From Fibrobacteria bacterium (GTDB lineage: Bacteria; Fibrobacterota; Fibrobacteria; UBA11236), in assembly GCA_043745805.1 (NCBI GenBank), contig JAYTSD010000045.1, positions 134,081-198,080 on the forward strand: 64,000 bases of DNA. The letters are read 5' to 3'. The notes under the pieces are model-generated. The model saw only the letters and a program-made list of their open reading frames with translations, was not told the origin of the DNA and searched no databases. Below are positions 1-7,811 of the stretch, in pieces. The translations under genes were made by a program, and so were the position numbers. Each line of letters starts with the position of its first letter. Position 1 is the first letter of the stretch.

Positions 1-1
1 T

Positions 2-922
2 AATGGTGGGCAAGCTTTGGAAAGTTACTATGGTGCGCCACATTTTTTGATGAGCGCTGGAGGTCAGTACACGGCATATGCGGGACGGAATTTTCCTACG
101 CAGGGTTTTTGGTTAAAAAAAGCGCCTTGGGTTTATGATGTGGTAAGTCGTTCGAGTTCGGTCATTTTAGATCCGGCTATTAAGCAACCTTATGCTTTAA
201 CGGATATTCTGCATTTTAAAGGCGCACAATGGAAAGCCAATAATTTAGCTCTGCATCAAAATTTTCTGTATGGTTATGCCGAGGCTAGCCATCGTAAGGA
301 TTGGCCACAAGCTATTCCGAGTGATTGGCAACAAGATGGGGAAATTATGGATGGCGGAGGATTTGAATTTCGCTTTTATGATCAAAGCCGGCAAGGCGTA
401 TTTATAGTGCTAACGCGCTTGAAAAACCTGCCTTCATGGCGGTTTTGGGAGCGAACTTCTACGGTAAGAGGCACTATCGAAGTGGTGGATACGGCGGAAG
501 CTCATTCCCTAGTTCTTTTTAAGGCAAAAATGCGCCAACAAAACATGCAAACATTAGGTAATCTATTTACTGCAAAACGGTTATATACCACCTACAAGGG
601 TGTTAAATTAACGCTTAATCCAAGCTATGATAATACCCATACGGGCATTGTAAAAATACAAAGCCCACAAGATAAGGCGATTTGGAAACAAGGGTTATCT
701 CCAGTATTCAAAAAAAGTAATAGCTTATTGCAGGTGAATTGGATACAAGCCGATGGCTTATTAGGGCAGGAAATTGCCTCTGGAGATGGTCAAGGTAACT
801 TACAGGTGATTAATCCGCATTTGCAGCAAGAATTAAATATTTGCTTTAAAGAATGGTGGAATCCATGGATAGTTATGCAGGCTTGGCCGGTCCTTGAAAA
901 CAATATCAATAATGTGAAATGA
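2..922 (+). CDS. hypothetical protein, 5'-partial (C-terminal part of a gene starting upstream of the window)
   Basis: Frame is open from position 2 (NGGQALESYY...), so the TTG at 17 is probably internal; no family motif recognised. Confidence 0.6.
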   Translation, partial: NGGQALESYYGAPHFLMSAGGQYTAYAGRNFPTQGFWLKKAPWVYDVVSRSSSVILDPAIKQPYALTDILHFKGAQWKANNLALHQNFLYGYAEASHRKDWPQAIPSDWQQDGEIMDGGGFEFRFYDQSRQGVFIVLTRLKNLPSWRFWERTSTVRGTIEVVDTAEAHSLVLFKAKMRQQNMQTLGNLFTAKRLYTTYKGVKLTLNPSYDNTHTGIVKIQSPQDKAIWKQGLSPVFKKSNSLLQVNWIQADGLLGQEIASGDGQGNLQVINPHLQQELNICFKEWWNPWIVMQAWPVLENNINNVK

Positions 923-1094
923 ATAAATTTTAATACTTAAAAGTAAAATACCAGTTAAAATGGTGAATTCAGAGGAAAATCCAAAGGTTTTGTGTTTCCG
1001 ATTGGCGTCGGCTTCAAATGGCTACCTTAAAAAATCGTATTTGTAATCAAAATGTATGAAGACAGATTTTTTTATTTAGGTGATCTTTATAATA

Positions 1095-1220
1095 GGGTCA
1101 TCGCAGAAAATGTGGGGACCCGAAAAAATCAATGAATGCTGCTGGGGTACATTTGGAAGGACCCTGGTCACTCGAGGAAAAAGCCCGCGCAACGCTTTTA
1201 AACCCGGCAGCATTCGGATT
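1095..1220 (+). ncRNA. candidate structured small RNA in a convergent intergenic region
   Basis: TATAAT at 1088-1093, then hairpin GGGTC..GACCC (1095-1121) and a 13-bp stem GAATGCTGCTGGG/CCCGGCAGCATTC (1134-1146/1203-1215). G-U wobbles form only on the + strand. GC-rich relative to its flanks. Confidence 0.3.
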
Positions 1221-1225
1221 TACTT

Positions 1226-2602
1226 TTAACTCTCTTCGTGAAAATCAATTTTTGCATCCGCATGCACACTGAAACTTCCCTGTCCATTGATTACGATATG
1301 TAAACCAATTTTTTGTGTTTCTAATTTTGCTTTTAAACGATATAAGCGAATTTCAAAATTTGGTTTCTTTTGTCCGGCTAAAAGATTTTGATCTTTTTTG
1401 AAACTGCGATATTCAAATTCCTTTTTGCCTTTGTGAATCAATTCAATTAAAATATTGCGTAGTATTTTTGCAGAAACCGTTTTTAAAAAAATTTTTCCAT
1501 TTAAAATGAGTTGTACTTCTTGAGGTCGATAAATAAAAACAATATTCGCTTCAAGCTGACTAATTAAATTTTGATGCTTGCGCATTAATGCTCCAGCAAA
1601 AATCTTTTCATGTTGTGCCGCATCTTCGACTAAGTGCTTGAGAAATAGGCCATTTTTTAACTGGACTTTTTGATGCTTAACACAAGTCATGTATATAGGA
1701 GCGCTGTATACACACTGGGCGTGGAGCAATATGCGCTGGCGTAAGGGGCAGAAAAAATCCTTTTCCATAAGGATTACTTGCGCTGCGGGAATTTTATATT
1801 TCGCTAAGCTTAACTCATGGCTTTTTAAAAAATCAGTGAAGGCTATTTTGTGACCGTAACATTCACCGTTTATCCATAATTGTTGACCTTTAACGCGTAC
1901 GGAATGATCGGGTAAAATATTATTTATAGAACGAATATCAGATAAATATTGCAACTGTGCAAAAGGCGCCAAGCCTAAAATTTTGGGAGCTTTTAAAATT
2001 TGGGGGCCGACTACAAAATCAAAATTAAAATTAAAGGCATGGGTAAAGGTTTTGTCGGGAATATAAACTAAATAGGATTGTACTGATTTTTTTCCCTCCA
2101 CCTTTTTTACGCGGCGATGAATATGCCCTGGCAAATATTTTTCCGTACACACCGAAATCAAATCAAAAACCATATCATGTGTATCCGTGGCATTGAAGGC
2201 CTTTTGCATCAAGGGATAAAACCAAGCTAAAATTTCTTTACCAGGAAAATAGGTAGCGGCATTATTTCGATAAAGCAGTTTTTCTATGAATTTATTTGGA
2301 GAAACCCCCTTGCTGATTAAAAAAGGTTCCAAATCATTGACCACATAATAATTCCATCGCAATGGAATTTTTCCTTCACAGTGCCAAAGAAAATGCAGCA
2401 GCTCGGCGCCAATCAATATTTTATCGGGATAAACAATAGGGTGTGCTTCCCAAAACTCTAAAATCCATTCCCGTGGAAATAATTGCAACATAGTCACATA
2501 CGAGGCGCGGTGAAAATCGTGAATGGTTAAGGGATCCTGCATGAGATAGCGGGTTTGTTCAAGGGGCGCTTCGTTATCTATCAGCAGTGCTTCTTTGATC
2601 AT
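1226..2602 (-). CDS. putative transcriptional regulator: uncharacterised N-terminal domain plus C-terminal winged-helix-like domain (paralogue of 2617-3969)
   Basis: 458-aa ORF with GGAAAG RBS-like element. C-terminal KILRNIL..EFEY..NFEIRLYRLKAKLE..GQGSF pattern resembles an OmpR/PhoB-like wHTH. Collinear similarity to the neighbour (WFYPLM, FNFDFV, CPLR.RI.L). Confidence 0.6.
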   Translation of the reverse strand: MIKEALLIDNEAPLEQTRYLMQDPLTIHDFHRASYVTMLQLFPREWILEFWEAHPIVYPDKILIGAELLHFLWHCEGKIPLRWNYYVVNDLEPFLISKGVSPNKFIEKLLYRNNAATYFPGKEILAWFYPLMQKAFNATDTHDMVFDLISVCTEKYLPGHIHRRVKKVEGKKSVQSYLVYIPDKTFTHAFNFNFDFVVGPQILKAPKILGLAPFAQLQYLSDIRSINNILPDHSVRVKGQQLWINGECYGHKIAFTDFLKSHELSLAKYKIPAAQVILMEKDFFCPLRQRILLHAQCVYSAPIYMTCVKHQKVQLKNGLFLKHLVEDAAQHEKIFAGALMRKHQNLISQLEANIVFIYRPQEVQLILNGKIFLKTVSAKILRNILIELIHKGKKEFEYRSFKKDQNLLAGQKKPNFEIRLYRLKAKLETQKIGLHIVINGQGSFSVHADAKIDFHEES

Positions 2603-2616
2603 AGGAGTTGCTTTCC

Positions 2617-3969
2617 TTAACCTATTTCGCGGAAATCGATTTTCCGATCACAGATTAAAGTAAAAGTTCCGCGTCCATTTTTCACTATACTTAGGCCTAA
2701 TTTTTCTTGGTCGAGTTTTTCCATTAGGCGATAAAAACGGATTTCAAAATTGGAATTTTTTTGGTGGTTGGATATTTCAAAATCGGCTTTGAACTCTTTA
2801 TACTCAAATTCAGTTTTACCCTCGCGAGTATAGGCGAGAAGAATATCCTTTAAAATTTTGGCGGGGGTATTTTTTACAAAATGTTTTCCATTGAGGGATA
2901 AACTTTGATCTTGAGCATGATAGAACGCACGTATTTTATTTTCTAATTGCTTTACTAATTCCCCATGTTTTTTTTCCAATTCACTTTTGGAAAAGGATTT
3001 TTCTAAATCGGCATCTTCAACCAAATGTTGTAAGAAACTGATTTTTTTCTTTTGCAACTTATGATGTTGCATGCAAATCATGTATAGCGGCGCACCATAA
3101 GCGCAATTGGCATAGAGGACAATGCGTTTGCGGAGTGGACAATAATAATCTTTGTGCAAATGAAATACTTCGGCATCGGGCGCATCAATTTTGCCTAAAT
3201 CAATATCCAATTTTTTCAATAAAGCATAAAAAGTGGTTTTTTTGCCAATCCAATCCCCTTCGACATAGCAATCCGAGCCTTTATATTCGGCCTTTCCGGT
3301 CCATAGTACATCGTCTACGGTGCGTGTATCGCAAATATATTCAACGTTATTAAAAGCAGGCAAAGAAAGAATCTTGGAACTGGATTTGAATTGTTCTCCG
3401 GCCACAAAATCGAAATTAAATTTTACCATATTGCTAAAATTTTTATCGCTACAATAAACCAAATAAGAATGTACCACATTTTCTTTTTCAACTTTTTTGA
3501 CACGGCGACTTATATGTTGCGGTAATAATTTCGAGGTAAAAATATCAATCAGTTTATAAGCCATATCCCAAATATCATAGGCATTAAATACTTTGCCCAT
3601 AAGCGGATAAAACCAAGACAGTATAGTTATACCTGGGATATACGTAGCTTGATTGTTACGGAAGAGAATTTTTTTAATGAAGCTATTTCCGTAAATACCT
3701 TTGGAAATTAAAAAGGGTTCAATAGCGTCACCCGTGGTATAATCCCAAGTGACAGGGACTTTATTATTCGCTTGCCATAAATGCTTAACTAATTCATCAT
3801 CCGCAATGAGGTGTGTGCCCTCTTGAATAGGATATGCAGACCAAAACTCTTCCAGCCAATCCAATGGAAACTCAGCCAGCATGGTAAGATAAACGGAGCG
3901 TTGAAAATCATTAGTGGTTTTTAGCTTTTTATAAGCATTAGTCCATTTATTAATGAGCTGTTGTCCCAA
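2617..3969 (-). CDS. putative transcriptional regulator: uncharacterised N-terminal domain plus C-terminal winged-helix-like domain
   Basis: 450-aa ORF, TTG start with AGAGG RBS. Tail KILKDILLAYTREGKTEFEYKE..NFEIRFYRLMEKL..KNGRGTFTL. Confidence 0.6.
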   Translation of the reverse strand: MGQQLINKWTNAYKKLKTTNDFQRSVYLTMLAEFPLDWLEEFWSAYPIQEGTHLIADDELVKHLWQANNKVPVTWDYTTGDAIEPFLISKGIYGNSFIKKILFRNNQATYIPGITILSWFYPLMGKVFNAYDIWDMAYKLIDIFTSKLLPQHISRRVKKVEKENVVHSYLVYCSDKNFSNMVKFNFDFVAGEQFKSSSKILSLPAFNNVEYICDTRTVDDVLWTGKAEYKGSDCYVEGDWIGKKTTFYALLKKLDIDLGKIDAPDAEVFHLHKDYYCPLRKRIVLYANCAYGAPLYMICMQHHKLQKKKISFLQHLVEDADLEKSFSKSELEKKHGELVKQLENKIRAFYHAQDQSLSLNGKHFVKNTPAKILKDILLAYTREGKTEFEYKEFKADFEISNHQKNSNFEIRFYRLMEKLDQEKLGLSIVKNGRGTFTLICDRKIDFREIG

Positions 3970-4095
3970 TGTAGCCTCTTTAAACGATTCAAATGCCTTG
4001 TCAAATCTGCATTTTTTTAAAGCGGCTTAAACCCTAAATTCGGAGAAAAATAGGGTAAGAGAAAGTAAAATTAAGGTTTTTTAAGTTTTGTAAAT

Positions 4096-4761
4096 TTAAA
4101 ACTTGGCGAAGTAAATTAAGCCTAAAACCAAATTCAAATACTCTTCACTTTTGTTTTCTAAGTCCAATGGCTTATTAATGAATTCATAAAAACGGTTGTG
4201 ACGCAAGCTTTTATACAATAAATTGCTATCGTCATCGGGATTGCCGGTGATTAAAATGAATTTCAAATAAGGTTTGGTTTTATGCACTTCATCGCAAAGT
4301 TCATTACCTCCCATAAGAGGCATAACTTCATCGGTTATGACTAAAGCGACATCGGAATTAGTTCTTATAAATTCCAAGGCTTCCAATGGTTTAGTAAAAG
4401 TTTTGAGAGTTATTTTTTTGCCTAATTTGCGATTGAAAACAAAAAGATTGTCTTCTTCATCGTCGACATAAACTACGAGAGGGTTTTTATTAGTGGTAAC
4501 AAAAAGTTTTTCCAAGTGCTCCAATAGTTTTGCAACGGTAAGATAGGGAAACTCGGTTGGGTTTAAATAATTTTCCAGGTTTAAACGTTTTCCCTCATAT
4601 CGTTTTTCCAATTCATCTTTAATTTCAGAAAAGGCAACTTGATCCACACCAATATCTTCTAGAAAAACTTTATTCGTTTCGCATTCCAACAATGCGGGTA
4701 GTGTTGCGCCATTGTTTTTAAAAACATCATTTAATATTTCATATACTTCTTGTTTTGCCAT
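4096..4761 (-). CDS. ACP-like domain fused to a response-regulator receiver (REC) domain
   Basis: N-terminal about 85 aa have an ACP pattern (FLEDIGVDQV..EIKDELEKRY..TVAKLLEHL). REC motifs YVDDEE, ITDEVMP, ITG and INKP are intact. ATG at 4761 preferred over TTG at 4773. Confidence 0.75.
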   Translation of the reverse strand: MAKQEVYEILNDVFKNNGATLPALLECETNKVFLEDIGVDQVAFSEIKDELEKRYEGKRLNLENYLNPTEFPYLTVAKLLEHLEKLFVTTNKNPLVVYVDDEEDNLFVFNRKLGKKITLKTFTKPLEALEFIRTNSDVALVITDEVMPLMGGNELCDEVHKTKPYLKFILITGNPDDDSNLLYKSLRHNRFYEFINKPLDLENKSEEYLNLVLGLIYFAKF

Positions 4762-4804
4762 GAGAACCCTCAATTATTGTATGCCATCAAAATTAAACCA
4801 CAAT

Positions 4805-5980
4805 TTAAATCATTAAACTTTCAATTTTTAATTCCTTAATAGCTTCTGCGGTAACGATAGCCGTTTTTATAATAGCTTCACGAGTAATTTCGGCGTGAAC
4901 TGAAAAACGAGCAAAACTTTTATCACGCGCTGAAGCTGGAGGAGCAAATACTGAAAATAAAATTCCTTTTTCTTTCATTTTTCCATAAAGGGCGCTAGCT
5001 GTATAGGGGCCTTTAAAAAATACGGATACGATTTGACAATTACTTGGACCAGTGGGAATACCACGTTGATTCAACTCATCCCTTAAAAGTTGAGCCATAT
5101 CCATGCAATGCTGCGCTCTTTGCGGTTCCCGTAAAATAACATTCAAAGCGGCTCTGTGACCCGCAGAGTTTGGTTCAGAAGGTGAAGAACTAAAAATAAT
5201 AGAGTGACAACGAAATCTTAAAAAACGAATGGCTTGTAGGCTTGCTGCGATAAAGCCTCCATTGCCGCCAATAGCTTTGGACAAGCTAACCGTTCGAAAA
5301 GGTACTCTATCTTGTAACCCTAATGAAACGGCTAAACCACCGCCATTTTCTCCAATCATTCCAAAGCTATGGGCTTCATCTAGTACCAAGGCGCAGTTAT
5401 ACTTTTCACATAAAGCAATGTAGGTGGGAAGATCAGCAACTGATCCATCAGTGCTATAATAAGCATCGATGCAAACAATTCCCGTTCCATCTTTTTTGAT
5501 TCTTTTTTCCAAATATTCCGGATCATTATGTTTGATTAAAACAGGTCTTCCTGAAGAAAGTTTCGCACCGGACCATAATGACGCATGCGCTTGATGATCA
5601 ATGTAAATAGGCAAATCAGGTGTAGCTATTGCTTCTAATAAACCGACATTAGCGCACCAACCAGCAGTAGTTACGATTACGTCTTCGCTTTTGAGGCTTT
5701 TTTTTAATACTTCCCCAAATTTTCCATGTTCACCGGTGTCGGCTCCAAAAACCAATGAGGCTACGCTACCTGTGCCAATATTGTTATTCGCTTCATCCTT
5801 GGCTGCTATTACCTCGGGATGGCGAGACAAGCGCAAATAATCATTTTGATGTAATTCAATATAGGCTTTTGAATCTCCAGGTTGATCGAATGGATTCGGT
5901 TGATGGCCATCCATAAAATTCAACCAGTCCTCATAATGTTTGGTTAACCATGGCGTTGTATCTAAATCATCGGAAAGCAT
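4805..5980 (-). CDS. cqsA: PLP-dependent alpha-oxoamine synthase, CqsA/LqsA-like (alpha-hydroxyketone autoinducer synthase)
   Basis: QNDYLRL, AGWCANVGLL, YIDHQAHASLWSG, KHND, DAYYST, DEAHS and SLSKA (PLP Lys). The GWxANVGLL and AHxSLWxG signatures are CqsA/LqsA-like rather than BioF-like (NHASLIDG). Confidence 0.75.
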   Translation of the reverse strand: MLSDDLDTTPWLTKHYEDWLNFMDGHQPNPFDQPGDSKAYIELHQNDYLRLSRHPEVIAAKDEANNNIGTGSVASLVFGADTGEHGKFGEVLKKSLKSEDVIVTTAGWCANVGLLEAIATPDLPIYIDHQAHASLWSGAKLSSGRPVLIKHNDPEYLEKRIKKDGTGIVCIDAYYSTDGSVADLPTYIALCEKYNCALVLDEAHSFGMIGENGGGLAVSLGLQDRVPFRTVSLSKAIGGNGGFIAASLQAIRFLRFRCHSIIFSSSPSEPNSAGHRAALNVILREPQRAQHCMDMAQLLRDELNQRGIPTGPSNCQIVSVFFKGPYTASALYGKMKEKGILFSVFAPPASARDKSFARFSVHAEITREAIIKTAIVTAEAIKELKIESLMI

Positions 5981-6122
5981 GGAACGGTCCTTTTATTATC
6001 TGTATAAATGGTTTGGATTTTGTGGTTTTTTGTGTATGTGAATGAATGTCTTGCTCAAATATGCTTCCGGGCCTTAATATTGCATTTGAAGCTAGAATTT
6101 TTGGCTTTTGAGGAAAAGGTTG

Positions 6123-7682
6123 ATGCTGAGAAAATTCTTTTCGAAGGATTTTTGGAATGGCCGTTCGGAATACCACCGAATGCTTTTTAATACTGACTAT
6201 TCCTTTCAAAAACGTTTTATGATGGTACTGGTATATATAGGCGCACCAGCCAATATATTTTTTCATTACTATGAACAAGATCAAGGTTATCAAGATTCTA
6301 CCATTGGACGTTATGCTATTTCTCTGCTATTAGTTACACTAGTTTTCCTACCGAAGATTATCAAGCAAAATAAATGGCAAATATCGTACTGGGAACTCAC
6401 ACTTTTCATTTTTTTCCCATGTATGAACACCGCCTTCATGCTGATGAATCATGTTAATCAGTATTGGTTTTCCACCTTTATTCTGGATATGGTATTTTTG
6501 GGCATTTTTACCAAATGGTATATGATCCCTTTCCATTACATTTTTGGTAGTGCGGCAATAACATGGTGGTACTTTCACAATACAGGATATGATGCGAAAT
6601 TATTTCAGGCCAATTTAAATGCGCATGTGGCAGCCTTTCTAGGAACATGCGTTGCATCGGGAGTCGTTTTAACTATTGAATATGTTAATAAAAAATCTAC
6701 TGAAGCTAAATTAGCGCTATCTAAAGCGGAACATGATAGGCTCAGAACCTTAGAGCTACAAAAATCAAATGAAGAATTAAAAAAACGTGAGGAAATCATT
6801 AAGGTGTATGTGCGCCCATCCTTGTATGAAGAGTTAGCGGCGGGACATGACCCTCTCAAATTTCAACCTATTATGCTGCCTAAGGCGATTATGTTTTGCG
6901 ACATTCGCGACTTCACTTATTTGACGGAAATTCTTACCCCTTACGAAAAACAAACTTTTCTCAATCAATATTTCACTTTGATGAATCATGCCATTGTCAA
7001 TAATGAAGGCGAAGTAGATAAAATTGTGGGCGATTGTATTATGGGTCTTTTTCCTAATGGCCGCGCAGCCGTACATGCCGCATTGGCCATGCGTAAGGCC
7101 TTGCACACATTTAATAATATGATGTACAACAGTGGTCGTCGAAAAATCCCTAATGGTATTGGCATAGCCAAGGGCGAAGTGATGTTAGGCAATTTCGGAT
7201 CTAATGAAAAACTAGATCGCACGGTGATTGGTGAAGCGGTGAATATAGCTTCACGCTTGGAATCTAAAACCAAAATGTATGGTGTGGAAATTGTGGTGAC
7301 TCAGGATGTGGTCGATGAAATGCAGGGCTATCCCTATATGCGTTGGATTGACAATGCTAAGGTAAAAGGTTCGAGCCGACCTTTGCAGCTTTATGAAATT
7401 TATGGACATCAACCAGATGAAGTGATTGCCTATAAAGAAAAGACTAAAGTCATATTCGAAAAGGCTTTGACTATTTATTTCAATAAAGGTTTTAAAGATG
7501 CTTTACGCATGTTTCAATCTATGTTATCCGAGGTTCCACCGCATAAATACAAAGCGAATGCACCCATGGATAATATTCTCAGCTATTATATTGAGCATTG
7601 CCGAACTTGGGTGAATGACTCCGCAGGGGCTTGGGACTTGCGGAATAAATGGGATGGCATTCATGAGTTTAAAGAAAAGTGA
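6123..7682 (+). CDS. membrane class III adenylate cyclase with an N-terminal CqsS/LqsS-like multi-TM sensor domain
   Basis: About 6 hydrophobic segments including P..TAFMLMN-x5-W; coiled-coil linker; cyclase motifs MFCDIRDFT, VDKIVGD and DRTVIGEAVNIASRLE. ATG at 6123 follows GAGG/AAGG. Confidence 0.85.
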   Translation: MLRKFFSKDFWNGRSEYHRMLFNTDYSFQKRFMMVLVYIGAPANIFFHYYEQDQGYQDSTIGRYAISLLLVTLVFLPKIIKQNKWQISYWELTLFIFFPCMNTAFMLMNHVNQYWFSTFILDMVFLGIFTKWYMIPFHYIFGSAAITWWYFHNTGYDAKLFQANLNAHVAAFLGTCVASGVVLTIEYVNKKSTEAKLALSKAEHDRLRTLELQKSNEELKKREEIIKVYVRPSLYEELAAGHDPLKFQPIMLPKAIMFCDIRDFTYLTEILTPYEKQTFLNQYFTLMNHAIVNNEGEVDKIVGDCIMGLFPNGRAAVHAALAMRKALHTFNNMMYNSGRRKIPNGIGIAKGEVMLGNFGSNEKLDRTVIGEAVNIASRLESKTKMYGVEIVVTQDVVDEMQGYPYMRWIDNAKVKGSSRPLQLYEIYGHQPDEVIAYKEKTKVIFEKALTIYFNKGFKDALRMFQSMLSEVPPHKYKANAPMDNILSYYIEHCRTWVNDSAGAWDLRNKWDGIHEFKEK

Positions 7683-7749
7683 AAGACAATTGAAAGCCAA
7701 GCGTAATAAATTGTCAAAACCCATAAAATAAATTCCGCGCTTAACTTCC

Positions 7750-7778
7750 TTGCGGCAAATTTTTAAACATGCTACAAT
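7750..7778 (+). promoter_or_regulatory. sigma70-type promoter for sthA
   Basis: TTGCGG-17 bp-TACAAT with extended TGn, 33 bp upstream of the ATG. Confidence 0.5.
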
Positions 7779-7811
7779 GAATTATTCTGGTTTTGTATTC
7801 AGGGGATTTGA

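Noticed and set aside
1095..1220. c-di-AMP (ydaO) riboswitch resemblance (GGGGACCC, TGGGGT, CCCGGCAGC)
   Set aside because: Key GCTGAAT/GTGAAT/GCTAAC elements are missing and there is no downstream gene on that strand.
4805..5980. Annotation as bioF, kbl or serine palmitoyltransferase
   Set aside because: Motifs (GWxANVGLL, AHxSLWxG) and the adjacent CqsS-like sensor favour CqsA/LqsA; no bio or sphingolipid genes are nearby. Not formally excluded without a tree.
5981..6122. CRP site in the synthase/cyclase divergent promoter
   Set aside because: A TGTGA half-site is present but there is no TCACA at the 6-bp spacing.
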